A program made the translations under genes and the position numbers. Under the pieces are notes generated by a model. That model did no database searches. It worked only from the letters and a program-made list of their open reading frames with translations, and was not told where the DNA came from. From an uncultured bacterium (GTDB taxonomy: Bacteria; Verrucomicrobiota; Kiritimatiellia; RFP12; UBA1067), in NCBI GenBank assembly GCA_902761035.1, contig CACWIW010000002.1:42770-106769 (forward strand): 64,000 nucleotides of DNA. Reading direction: 5' to 3'. Below, one piece after another: positions 40,455 to 50,499 of the stretch. Every line of letters starts with the position of its first letter. Position 1 is the stretch's first letter.

Positions 40455-43127
40455 CTATCTGACGAAGATTGTGAAACCTCTTGAGACGTACAGGCCGTCG
40501 TCCTTCTTCACGAAGGAATATTTCTTGTCCTCGTCGCCGTTCACAAATTCAACCTTCGAGAAGTCGGGGCGGTTGCTGTCGTTCCACGCGACGATCGGCG
40601 TGATACCGGAAGGACGCCGGTCGCCGAGTTTCACCGTCACGGTCGTCGTCTCCCCTTCCTCGGCGGCGGCGAACCTGATCAGCTTGTCTCCGCTTCCGGC
40701 GTAGGCGCTCGTGACAGGCCAGCCCGCGCTTTCCGGCCACTTGGAGAAGTCCATCGTCGAGCCATCCTGCATCGTGCAGCCGTGGAAGTACCGCGTCTCC
40801 GGAGTGAACGTGCCGTAAACTTTCATCACGCTGCTGCCGATGTCGCTTATGGTCCTCGTACCCGCCGCCTCGTAGTCGTGTACGGACACAGGCCCGTAGC
40901 ATTTCAGGTCGCACGTACACCTCAAATCCACTTCTGGCGCGATGAATCCAATTTTCGCCGTGTCCTGCCGCACTTCAAGAATGCCGGTTCCGGTCGCGTT
41001 GATTCTCCCTGCACCAGATGCCCTGATATTCGTGAAATACATCGTTTTCCCTCCGCTGAAAGCAATGTCGAGGGTATGTCCCCCAAGATTCATGGAAATC
41101 TCCGCATAACTAGCGTTTATCAACCCCCAGTTTCTTGCGACTTCAAATTTCGAATTGGCGGTAAGCGTAACACCCTTCAAAAGAGCATTGTAAGTGGTGA
41201 AATCCACGCCTCCAGTGTTCCGTATCGTTCCACCGTTCAGCACAAAAGCGGGATATGCCACGAAATACGAGAACCCGTTCAAGTCGAGTACGCCGCCTTC
41301 GTCAACCGTGACTGCGGCGCCACTGGTCATCCCGAACAAACAAGGCGCAACTTTATTAGTCCCCGCCCGGGTCGGTTTAAGGACGCCTCCGACAACTTCC
41401 GTTCCACCCTTGTACTCCTGTACTTTATCGGCATAGTACGTACCGTAGCCATCTATGACAACCTTGATGTTGCCGAGGTTCAACTGGGTGTTCTGCGCGC
41501 CGATGTTCACGCAGCTGTTGGATATGCTGCCGCCGGCGAACGTGAAGAACCGCATTTCGCCGGTCGTGTCGAAACCCGTGTTCACCACCATGTTTGTGCG
41601 CTCTTCGTTGAACACGAGCTCGCCCGACGTCAAGCGGTGTCCGTTCAGATCGACTACCGTGTCGCCAAGCAGGGTGCGGCCGTATGGCGACCAGTCCTCG
41701 TCCGCCTCCAGCCTGACACATGGCAATGCGAAGAGCTTGTATATCGCATAGCCGCTCGCCGTCCTCGATCCTGCCAACGTACCCGCGTTGTTGTATGTTC
41801 CGTCGTCGTTCACGAACTTGCGCCCGACTTTGCCGTTTTGCAAGACGCACGCCTTCAGTGCCTGCCCATATACGCCGCCCGTGCCGTTCGTGAATCGCAT
41901 GACGACGCACTTGCACCAGGTTCCGTCGAACATCTGGAATTCCACGCGAATCGACTGCAACACGTCGCCGTTGTACTCGAGCTTCCTGTTGCAGCCCACG
42001 CCCTCGGAACCCGTTCCGATCCAGGCGCCGGTGAAGCGGCATCCGAAATAGCAGTTCTTGATGCCTTCGAGCGTCGCACCCTCCCACACGAGCGTACTTG
42101 ACGAAGGGAACACCGTATCGACCTCCTTGACGTAAACTGGTTTCGTCGCCGTCAATCCATAGACGCCGTAATCAGCCTGGCCATACCCCGTCGTGACGGA
42201 CGCGCCTGCTCCGTTGTACGTGCCGTCGCCGTTCGAGAAGAGGTAGCCAAGCGGTTCATTCGCCGCATTCCGCGCCGCGACGGCCTGGGCACAGACACCG
42301 TCCGCTCCGTCCGTGAGCCGCACCACGACGCACTTGTTGTATCCGCCGTGTATCGCCTGCAGCTCAACTGTCATCTCCGTCACAACGCCTGTCGTTTCGT
42401 TCGTGACCGCCCTTCTGTTGTACTCGTTGCAAACGTACCCAAGAGTAAGGGATCTGCCGCCCATCGAGCATGAGATCGCATAGTCCTTGATCTCGTCGAT
42501 TGTCACGCCCGGCCATACGAGCATCGGGGAATCCGACGGAACGAACTTCGCGAGCTGCAGGTTTCCCGCGCCGTATGAGGTTGCCGACCAAGTGGTGGAT
42601 AAGGTCATTAGCGCCTTGTAGTTCTTATACGTGACAGTCCCATCCGCCGCAACGTTCATGAAATCCGTGGTATCGGCAGTACCTTTGTTCGCGTAAAGCG
42701 CCTTCAACGCCTTCACGTAAACGCCGTCCTCGCCGTCCGTGAACTCCACGCACACGGCCTTCGTCTCGTTGTCAATGATACAGAAATCGCCGAATATCTT
42801 CTGTACCGAGTCGGCCGACGGGTAGTACTTGATGTTGAACAGAGGGACAAGATGCTTGTTTGCAACGTGTCCGCCGATCATGAACGCAAACATGTCGTAT
42901 CCGTCATCGAGCTTCGCCTTCAGCTGCGCAAGCGTAAGTCCCTTGAACGCCAGCTTCGTTGATGAAGTCGTGGCGGTCACGTTTGTGGGGCTCACCGGAT
43001 TGTAGTTGCCCATCGACCATACGGGCTGCGCGTACCGTGCCGCACCCGCCCACGCCGGCGTTGCCGCCGCCACGCAGATCGCCGCCGCCAAGATGGCGGC
43101 TTTCCCAGTCAGCTTTCTCATGTTCAT
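40455..43127 (-). CDS. Secreted protein with three internal ~140-aa repeats plus beta-helix, ending GFTIFVR
   Basis: Repeats KAVCVEFTDGEDGVYVKA / KCVVVRLTDGADGVCAQA / KCVVMRFTNGTGGVYGQA; start MNMRKLTG; TTGACG..TATCAT promoter upstream. Confidence 0.75.
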   Translation of the reverse strand: MNMRKLTGKAAILAAAICVAAATPAWAGAARYAQPVWSMGNYNPVSPTNVTATTSSTKLAFKGLTLAQLKAKLDDGYDMFAFMIGGHVANKHLVPLFNIKYYPSADSVQKIFGDFCIIDNETKAVCVEFTDGEDGVYVKALKALYANKGTADTTDFMNVAADGTVTYKNYKALMTLSTTWSATSYGAGNLQLAKFVPSDSPMLVWPGVTIDEIKDYAISCSMGGRSLTLGYVCNEYNRRAVTNETTGVVTEMTVELQAIHGGYNKCVVVRLTDGADGVCAQAVAARNAANEPLGYLFSNGDGTYNGAGASVTTGYGQADYGVYGLTATKPVYVKEVDTVFPSSSTLVWEGATLEGIKNCYFGCRFTGAWIGTGSEGVGCNRKLEYNGDVLQSIRVEFQMFDGTWCKCVVMRFTNGTGGVYGQALKACVLQNGKVGRKFVNDDGTYNNAGTLAGSRTASGYAIYKLFALPCVRLEADEDWSPYGRTLLGDTVVDLNGHRLTSGELVFNEERTNMVVNTGFDTTGEMRFFTFAGGSISNSCVNIGAQNTQLNLGNIKVVIDGYGTYYADKVQEYKGGTEVVGGVLKPTRAGTNKVAPCLFGMTSGAAVTVDEGGVLDLNGFSYFVAYPAFVLNGGTIRNTGGVDFTTYNALLKGVTLTANSKFEVARNWGLINASYAEISMNLGGHTLDIAFSGGKTMYFTNIRASGAGRINATGTGILEVRQDTAKIGFIAPEVDLRCTCDLKCYGPVSVHDYEAAGTRTISDIGSSVMKVYGTFTPETRYFHGCTMQDGSTMDFSKWPESAGWPVTSAYAGSGDKLIRFAAAEEGETTTVTVKLGDRRPSGITPIVAWNDSNRPDFSKVEFVNGDEDKKYSFVKKDDGLYVSRGFTIFVR

Positions 43128-43256
43128 TTGCAGATTTCCTTTCAAAGCCGTTGGACTCCCCATGAAAGTTTGGCGATATGATAGCACATCCTTCCGTGAT
43201 TCGTCAATCCCCCCACGCGGATTTTTCTGCGCATCTATAAAAGTCCAACCGAGTTA

Positions 43257-43353
43257 GGCGGCGCGCTCGGTGATCGCGCCCTACCAGCGGTAGGGGCCGA
43301 CCACCGGGCGGCCCGCACGGGGAACGGCGCGCTCGGTGATCGCGCCCTACCAG
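43257..43353. repeat. BIME-like cluster of three GTAG REP-like palindromes
   Basis: Copies at 43257-43287, 43289-43316 (opposite orientation) and 43325-43353. Confidence 0.85.
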
Positions 43354-43356
43354 AGC

Positions 43357-46300
43357 CTAATACAGGAAAATGGAGAAGCCCCTGTAGATGTACAGCCCGT
43401 CGGCTTCTGCCGCGAACATGCAGTTCCTGCCTTCGTCGCCGCAGACGAACTTGACACCCTGCGGCCTGACGGACCAGCTGGCGACCTTCTTGCCGTCCTG
43501 ATCGCCGATGGTACGGTCGCCGAGTTTCACAGACACCGTGGTGCCCGGCTGGAATGTCGTCTTTTCTGCGGCAAAAACCACGTCCACACCGTTCGTGCAG
43601 AAGCGCGAAAGGTCAAGCGTCGGCGTCAGATGCTGCGCATCGCCAAGCTGGACGATCGGGCCGGTTAGTTCGCTCCCCGTGTGAATCATGTTCGGCGCGT
43701 AGGTGTCGAACACGATCGTGGTCGGATGCCCGGTCGCGGCCCTGGCCCAGAAACTCGCGCCGCTCTCGAAGATGAGGGACTTGACCGCCGTAAAACCGCC
43801 CGCGTCCTGGTTCAATGCGCCGCCGTCGAGAACAGTCACCACGCATTCGCTTGCCGAGGAGTTGCGCTGATTGAACGACAGCGCGGAATAGACGTCAATT
43901 CGGCCCTCGCCCTCGAAGAGCATGCTTGCGAGATCGACAACAAGGCCATTCGGTCCGGAACCGGAAACCACAGAACCGCCTCCGCTTCCGTCCGACAGGT
44001 TTTCAAGCGTCACGCTGCCGTTGAGGACAATCCTGTCGATGTTAAACGTGGCGTCCGCCGCCGTGACGAGCGTCAGTTTCGCGCCGCTTCCGCCGTTGAC
44101 GATGAGCGTGTCCATGGACGCAGTTCCGTCAAGCGTGAGCGTCGTCGTCCCCGTTACGTTGACGCCCGCCGGTCCGCTCGCAGGGGCCGGGACAGTCCTT
44201 CCGTCCGCCGTCCATGTCCCCGTGCTCCATGTGACAGAGCCGTTCGCCTCCAGCGTCGGCACGGCAGACATGACAAGGTCGTAGGCGTTCGTTCCACCCT
44301 CCTCAGTACCGGACAACGTCCACCCCCAGCGAGACACGTCAGACAGGTCAAATGCGTTGTCCGCCGTGTCCTTAAGCGCCGTCGGCACCTTCAGGAGCGG
44401 AATGCGCGTCATGCCCGCAAGAGCGGGATCGCTTATGTCAACCTTGAGCTTGCCGGAAAGCGACTCGGTGACGTTGAGATAGTGCTCGCCATCAGGATAG
44501 TACTCTGCGCCTGGCCCCATCACGAGCCTCTTGACCACCCCGTATCCATGAAGTTCGTTCCAGACTCCGAAATCCCTCGCGGTTGAGCCGTAACCTATCG
44601 CACCCCCGTACATCTTCAGGTAGGAGACGTCCACCTCCCTGTCCGTCTGGTTGTTGTAGGTGAATCCCTCATGGACAATCAGCGTCGTCCCCCGGTATGC
44701 GTCCAGCCTGTTGATGTTGTCCGTGGCGTTGAACGTCGCGCCGGCCTGGAGGTCGAGCGTACCCTTCAGGGTGTTGATGTTCCTGAGCGTCATCCACGAT
44801 TTCGCCGTGAGGGTATGGTTGTTCAGATAGATGAAGGAAATGACGTCGCTGCGCCCAAGCTTGAACTGTCCGGCGCCGACAGTGGCGTCCGCAGTCAGAT
44901 GGAGGTCGAAGAGGTAGTTGTTGCTCGCCATCGCGCCAGAAGACGATGCGAGCGCCCACGGCCAGTCGCCCGCGCCTGCGCCGGCAATGTAGATCGGCGT
45001 TTCCTGCCGAATTGTCTTTGCGTTGATGTCGAACGTACCGCCGTCCTGCACAGTAATCTTGGGCGTATCCCCGAGCACGTTTGCGCTGCCCTGCCGCAGG
45101 ACACCGCCCGCGACGACGGCCTCGTTGGCCGTGAACGATCCGCCCGTCCCCTTCACGAGCGTGAACACGACGTTGGTCGTGCCGTTCAACGTGAACTTTT
45201 TGAGCGACGTGGCGGCGCACGTGAGCGTGCCGGTCATGGAACATCTTGGCGTCACGCTAAAATCGCCGGCGAACGACGAAAGCCCGCCTATCGCCACGGA
45301 CGCCACTTCGCCGGGCGCCAGCGAAAGCGTTCCAGTTCCCGTGACTCCGCCTTCGGCAATGCCGTCGAGCGTCGCGAGCGCCACGGTGCAGGATGCGGGG
45401 ATGTCGATTGCCGTGAACTGCAGCTTCGCTTCGGTGAAATCGACGGAGTACGCCCCGTTGACCAGCATCTTGCCGAACGTCCTCCACACGCTCGACGTGA
45501 CCGCCACGTCGCCCGCAAGGTCAAAGAAGACATCATCGCCAGCAGCCGGCATGCAAGACCAATTCTCCCGCGAGTCGAGCGACCCCGTGCCGTCGCTGTT
45601 CGTCCAATGTGGCAAGACGACGCGTATGGTCAACGTGCCGTCGGCGTAGTTGACGATTAGATGGCGAGCTTCGGCGCCGTTGGTGTCGTAAACGACGATG
45701 TTCCGCGGCTGGGCCGTGGCATTGAGCACGATGTCCTCTTCAAGTTCGTTCACCTTACGCAGGGCGAGCGTCGCGCCGTCATCGACCGTGAATGTCCCCG
45801 TGGGGCGGTTCGCGCCGATGTCGAATACCACGCCCGCGCCGACGGATATCGCGCCGGACGCCGTGAGCGTCCCCGTCGCCGCGACGGTGACGTTCGTCTC
45901 CACGCCCGCCGCACGCGTCAGCGAAAGCGCCCCGGCAGCCGTCATTGCGTTCGTTACCGTAAGGTTTCCTTCTAAAACCGCCGTCGCGCCATCGTTGAAC
46001 GAAAGCTTCGCGGTCGTCCCGTAGCCCATCAGCGACGACTTGACGGTCAGCGCGGCGGATGACGTGTCGAGCGTGCGGCCGCGCCATTCAAGCGCGTGAA
46101 TGGTCACAGGATTGTTCACGTTGACGCTCTCCGTGATGCCGTCGCCAAGAACGAACGTTGTATTCCCCTCTTCGGTGTTGATGGCGGATTCATAGAACGC
46201 CGCGCCCCTGCCGTTGTAGAGGATAGTGCCCGTTCCGGGCGTCTTGAGCCTGCGGAACGTGAACCACATTCCGCCAGCGACGGTCAGCGTATGGCCGTCG

Positions 46301-48606
46301 AGCGCCAGGGAACCTCTTGACGACGAACCACTGGCATAACCGACCTTGAGCTGGCTGTTTTCCGCGCTGCCGATTGTCGCATTCTTCGTCAGTACAAAAT
46401 TGTGGAAATACTCGCCTGGCACACCACCCGTACAAGTAAGCGCCCACGGCCAGTCTCCCGCGCCTGCGCCGGCGAGGTAGAACGACGTCGCGCCGTTTAC
46501 GTTAAGCGCGTTGGAGTCGAACGTGCCGCCGTCCTCGACCGTCACCTTCGGCGTCGTGCCGAACACGGTCGCGCTTCCCTGCTGGAGGACGCCGTTCGAG
46601 ACGACCACCTCGTTCGCATAGAACGTGCTGCTGCCATTAGACGCGAACGTGACAACGCAGTTTGTGTCCGCCTGCATGATGAACCTGCTCAGCGAAACGT
46701 CGGCGTCAAGGGTGAGCGTCACGCTCTTGTGGGCGACGACCGTCACCTCCTTGTCAACCGGCACGGAGATTGGAACGGAAGAATCGTCACTGTCGCGCCA
46801 GTCGGCCGCGCTCCAGTTGACAGCATCCGCGCCGTCGGCGGCGATGGCGAGCTGCGCGTTCACGACCAACTTGAACGTGGCGCGGAGCTGCACGGCATAC
46901 GGTGTCGAAACCTCGATCGACGCGTTGCTCACCGAATAGCCGTCCGCAATCGCCCACGTGTCGCCCGTCCACGAGCAAAACTCGTATCTGTTGGGGTCGG
47001 AGGTCACCGCCGTAAGAGCAAGTGTACCGCCGCGCGGAACCCAGCCGTCGGCGGAGGTCACCGCCGCACCGCCTGCAACGCTCACCGCGCCGTACGCATC
47101 GGAGGTGGCGTACAGCTTTGCGTAGAGCGTGCCGTTCTCGTACTTGTAGTCGCTTGCGCGGCCAACGCCATCGTAGAAGCGGAGCGTCCGTTCGGGGTTG
47201 TTGTTCTTGTTGCCGTCGCCGTGGAAGGAGCCGTCGATGATGTTCCTGAAGCCAGCCTCGCCGTTCTCGATGTCGGGCGCGAGGAAGAGGGCCGGCGTGC
47301 CGCTCTCGTCCGCCTCGAAAGAATAGATGCGCGCCTTGCCGTAGTTTTTTGCCCCAGAATTGTTTTCCGCGAACAGGTAAGTCGTAGAGGTTGCATCACC
47401 CGTAGCTTTTATGAGTTCTGCGTGCGATGCATTAGAGTAGAACTGCGCACGGTTGGCATAGTTCGTGACGGCAATCGTCTTACCCACCCGGTCGAACACC
47501 GCAATCTGCCGCGACCTTACGGCATCGACACCCATGCTGACCCACGAGGCCGTCGTCATGAAGTTCCAGGCAAGTTTGCCGCCGCTTGCCGCACTACCGT
47601 TGATATAGAGTCCCTGGGTGAAATCGGTGCAGCGCGCGCCAAAGATTCGCTGCTGTCCGCGCAGGTCAAGGAACTGGTAGTCCGCCATGATGCGAGTGGT
47701 CGCGCCTTGCGCAAAATAGCCGGTGTCGATGTAGCTGCCAACAGTCGCGTTGGCTGTCGTGTTCGTCGCACCAGACTCGATGTATGCGCTGGGACGGAAC
47801 GGCGAACCCATGCGGTCTGCCGGATAGAGCGCGGCGTAGGCCTCCGCGTCGGCATCGGAGAACGCGCCAAAGTAGAAGCGCATGTCGTAGAACGACACGT
47901 CGGGATTGCCCCATGTGGTGCTCAAGGCGCCCGGCATATACGACATCGTCTGGCAGTATTCCAGACCCTCGCCGACATAGTAGGACTTGGTGCCGCCGCC
48001 GACCTTGTGCGTGACCTTCTTCACGCCATCCACGTACACCGTCAAGTTAGACGATGCCTTGGCGTACGACATGACCACCGTGTGGAATCCGTTTGTCATG
48101 TTGGCCAGCCCCGTGATGGTTTCATGGCCGGTCTCGACGGCCGCGCTGCCGCTTTTGCGGGTGTCATACAGATACAGTTTTGTGGGGTCGGACGACGAGC
48201 AGAGCGAAATCGCGCTGCGTCCGTTTGAGGTGTTCTGCCTCCCCACCGCGAAAAGGACGCCCTTTTCGTCGTTTCCGGGATGAAGGCACAGCGCAACCGT
48301 CCAGTCATGAGTGGCAAGATACGTGTTGGCTACCGCCGATCCGTTCCAGGTGACGGCACCCCAGTTGCCGTAGGTCGGGTGTACCGCGTTGGCCGCGCCG
48401 TTCGGACCGGCCGCAGCCGTTTCACCTTTGTTCTCGATGAAATCCGCCGTACATTGCGGCCCCAGCAACGCCACGCGCGATCCCGTGGAGAAGCCGTGCC
48501 GCAAATGGTAGCTTTCGAGGTTGTTGACCACCGCCATTGCGGCGGACGCCGCGAGCAGGGCTGCGAGGGAAAGGAGCGTCTTTATTTTGTGTTGTCCGCT
48601 TGACAT
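43357..48606 (-). CDS. Large secreted LamG-like/beta-helix protein, paralog A, ending GFSIFLY
   Basis: About 1750-aa ORF, signal peptide, NNLESYH N-domain, duplicated AGAGAGDWPWAL module; start may be GTG 48615. Confidence 0.8.
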   Translation of the reverse strand: MSSGQHKIKTLLSLAALLAASAAMAVVNNLESYHLRHGFSTGSRVALLGPQCTADFIENKGETAAAGPNGAANAVHPTYGNWGAVTWNGSAVANTYLATHDWTVALCLHPGNDEKGVLFAVGRQNTSNGRSAISLCSSSDPTKLYLYDTRKSGSAAVETGHETITGLANMTNGFHTVVMSYAKASSNLTVYVDGVKKVTHKVGGGTKSYYVGEGLEYCQTMSYMPGALSTTWGNPDVSFYDMRFYFGAFSDADAEAYAALYPADRMGSPFRPSAYIESGATNTTANATVGSYIDTGYFAQGATTRIMADYQFLDLRGQQRIFGARCTDFTQGLYINGSAASGGKLAWNFMTTASWVSMGVDAVRSRQIAVFDRVGKTIAVTNYANRAQFYSNASHAELIKATGDATSTTYLFAENNSGAKNYGKARIYSFEADESGTPALFLAPDIENGEAGFRNIIDGSFHGDGNKNNNPERTLRFYDGVGRASDYKYENGTLYAKLYATSDAYGAVSVAGGAAVTSADGWVPRGGTLALTAVTSDPNRYEFCSWTGDTWAIADGYSVSNASIEVSTPYAVQLRATFKLVVNAQLAIAADGADAVNWSAADWRDSDDSSVPISVPVDKEVTVVAHKSVTLTLDADVSLSRFIMQADTNCVVTFASNGSSTFYANEVVVSNGVLQQGSATVFGTTPKVTVEDGGTFDSNALNVNGATSFYLAGAGAGDWPWALTCTGGVPGEYFHNFVLTKNATIGSAENSQLKVGYASGSSSRGSLALDGHTLTVAGGMWFTFRRLKTPGTGTILYNGRGAAFYESAINTEEGNTTFVLGDGITESVNVNNPVTIHALEWRGRTLDTSSAALTVKSSLMGYGTTAKLSFNDGATAVLEGNLTVTNAMTAAGALSLTRAAGVETNVTVAATGTLTASGAISVGAGVVFDIGANRPTGTFTVDDGATLALRKVNELEEDIVLNATAQPRNIVVYDTNGAEARHLIVNYADGTLTIRVVLPHWTNSDGTGSLDSRENWSCMPAAGDDVFFDLAGDVAVTSSVWRTFGKMLVNGAYSVDFTEAKLQFTAIDIPASCTVALATLDGIAEGGVTGTGTLSLAPGEVASVAIGGLSSFAGDFSVTPRCSMTGTLTCAATSLKKFTLNGTTNVVFTLVKGTGGSFTANEAVVAGGVLRQGSANVLGDTPKITVQDGGTFDINAKTIRQETPIYIAGAGAGDWPWALASSSGAMASNNYLFDLHLTADATVGAGQFKLGRSDVISFIYLNNHTLTAKSWMTLRNINTLKGTLDLQAGATFNATDNINRLDAYRGTTLIVHEGFTYNNQTDREVDVSYLKMYGGAIGYGSTARDFGVWNELHGYGVVKRLVMGPGAEYYPDGEHYLNVTESLSGKLKVDISDPALAGMTRIPLLKVPTALKDTADNAFDLSDVSRWGWTLSGTEEGGTNAYDLVMSAVPTLEANGSVTWSTGTWTADGRTVPAPASGPAGVNVTGTTTLTLDGTASMDTLIVNGGSGAKLTLVTAADATFNIDRIVLNGSVTLENLSDGSGGGSVVSGSGPNGLVVDLASMLFEGEGRIDVYSALSFNQRNSSASECVVTVLDGGALNQDAGGFTAVKSLIFESGASFWARAATGHPTTIVFDTYAPNMIHTGSELTGPIVQLGDAQHLTPTLDLSRFCTNGVDVVFAAEKTTFQPGTTVSVKLGDRTIGDQDGKKVASWSVRPQGVKFVCGDEGRNCMFAAEADGLYIYRGFSIFLY

Positions 48607-48627
48607 GGTCGTCACCCTTGCCCTTCC

Positions 48628-50475
48628 CTACCGAATGACCATGCCGAGCCCACGGGCATGATCGCCCGTGAGCGATGTCAGCACGCCGCCGCCCTTGAAC
48701 TGGACGGAGGAAAGGCGCGTGGCGTTCGATGCAAGCGCAAACGACGTTTCGCCGTTCGCGCCAAGCGGCACAAAACCCCCGCCCGCGTTCTGCACGGAGA
48801 CGGAGTAGAGGCGTGTTTCGTAGTCGATCTTGAAGCGAAACGTATATTCCACTCCCGCCCTCGGTACAACGCCCTCGGCCTCAACGTCCACCCACATGGG
48901 AATGTTGCCAGTGTTGCCATTGTTGCCAGTTCCAATGTTGCCAGTTTTCAATTTACCCGCCATTGCCTTGGTGCTGTCGGATTGGGAATTGGAATTGGAT
49001 ATTGGCAACATTTCCACATTGGCAACATTTCCCTTCGTCCAGACCTGGAAAGACCCTCCCGCGCCGAGCTGTACCGCGGCCTGGACGCCCTCCGGGGCGT
49101 CAACGGTAGTCGCCATGTCGGTGAACTGCATCTTAACGGTCAGCGTGGCGGATTTGCCGGAGGACTGCTTGTTGGGGGTGAAGGTTCGGTCTCCCGCAAT
49201 GGACGCCTTCTCGGTATCCCAGCCATAATCGACCGATTCCGACCAGGCGCCGGTCGTCCCGGTCACGAGCGCACGCTCGTTCACCCATCTGGATGGCTTG
49301 ACGGCCTCCCGCTTCCACATCGTGAAGATGCGCCCGGGCGTCGTCGCCGCACCGGGATAGAACTCCATCGTCACCTCGTCGTCCGAGACGTTGAGTCGGT
49401 AGTGCCCTGCGGCGGAATTGTGGAAATACCTCTTGAGGCCTGGCTTGAAGAAGTTAGCCGCGCTCGAAGCGTAGTCATCAAGCATGTCATGGCTCGGCAC
49501 GGATGTCGCGCGGCCTTCGCTCGTCCAGACGGAGTTGACGGTCATTTCGGAGAAGCCGCCGTATTCGTTGACATGCCAGTAGTAGTCCGTCAGGTGCGTG
49601 TGGCCGGAGAGGACAATCGCATGGCGGCGCGAAAGCGTCTTGTAGAGGGCCAACCGTTTAGCCGCGGTCACATTTCTTCCGGCAAGGCGCCAGTTCGCGT
49701 ATGAGCTTACGGCGCTCGCGGTGAACGGGCCGTGCGTGACGAGGAACACACGCCGCGCCGACGGGTCGGCGTCGATCACATCGCAAATCTGCCCCGTATC
49801 CTCTGTATCGAAATCGCAGAACACCCAGAGATCGTCGTCCAGGCGGAAGGAATACGCCGGGTAGGCCGTGCTCCCTGGCGTCACGCCCGTCAGGTTCGTG
49901 ATTTCCGTGGACATGAAGGGCTGGGCGAAATTGAGGTAGGCGTTCCGCGCGCCCGTCCCCCGGACGTCATGGTTGCCAAGCACCGTCAGGAAAGGAAGTC
50001 CCGACGGGAATCCACCGCGAATGGCCGCCACGGCGTCTTGGAGCATCTGCTTGTGCACGGTTGCCTTGCCGCAGTCCCCCTGCACGAGGTCGCCCACCTG
50101 GAGCAGAAAGCGAGTGGGGCGGGACACCGCCAGCACCGCGCTCGCCGCGACGAGGCGCGGACACCGCTCGCGCCACATGTCGCCGTTTCGCAAGAACTCC
50201 GAGAAATGCGTCTGGGCACCAGATTCGGTGTTGCTCCAATTTGCATGATATGTCGATTGCGCCGTATATCGCGCCATGTCATCTACCGACACGTCCGTCG
50301 TCAGGTCATACGACGCGATAAACTCCGGTTCGAGCGCCTGGTCGAAGTGCGTGTCGCCGAGAACGGCCACCGAGTACGACGAGCCGGAACCCTGCGCGCG
50401 GGCAAGGCGCGGCAGCGCGAACATCGCGCCGCCGGCCGCAGCACCCTTCATGAATCCTCTTCTCGTCAACCGCAC
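48628..50475 (-). CDS. Tat-exported metallophosphoesterase with C-terminal beta domain, ending GLGMVIR
   Basis: TRRGFMK Tat motif; GDTH, GDLV, GNHD, GHTH. Confidence 0.85.
   Translation of the reverse strand: MRLTRRGFMKGAAAGGAMFALPRLARAQGSGSSYSVAVLGDTHFDQALEPEFIASYDLTTDVSVDDMARYTAQSTYHANWSNTESGAQTHFSEFLRNGDMWRERCPRLVAASAVLAVSRPTRFLLQVGDLVQGDCGKATVHKQMLQDAVAAIRGGFPSGLPFLTVLGNHDVRGTGARNAYLNFAQPFMSTEITNLTGVTPGSTAYPAYSFRLDDDLWVFCDFDTEDTGQICDVIDADPSARRVFLVTHGPFTASAVSSYANWRLAGRNVTAAKRLALYKTLSRRHAIVLSGHTHLTDYYWHVNEYGGFSEMTVNSVWTSEGRATSVPSHDMLDDYASSAANFFKPGLKRYFHNSAAGHYRLNVSDDEVTMEFYPGAATTPGRIFTMWKREAVKPSRWVNERALVTGTTGAWSESVDYGWDTEKASIAGDRTFTPNKQSSGKSATLTVKMQFTDMATTVDAPEGVQAAVQLGAGGSFQVWTKGNVANVEMLPISNSNSQSDSTKAMAGKLKTGNIGTGNNGNTGNIPMWVDVEAEGVVPRAGVEYTFRFKIDYETRLYSVSVQNAGGGFVPLGANGETSFALASNATRLSSVQFKGGGVLTSLTGDHARGLGMVIR
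48898..49033. repeat. In-frame palindromic insertion built of TGTTGCCA / TGGCAACA units
   Basis: Four direct units (48903, 48912, 48921, 48936) and two inverted (49003, 49020); terminal inverted repeat gggaatgttgcca...tggcaacatttccc. Confidence 0.8.
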
Positions 50476-50499
50476 GGAATCTCCTTGCGATAAGGATCC

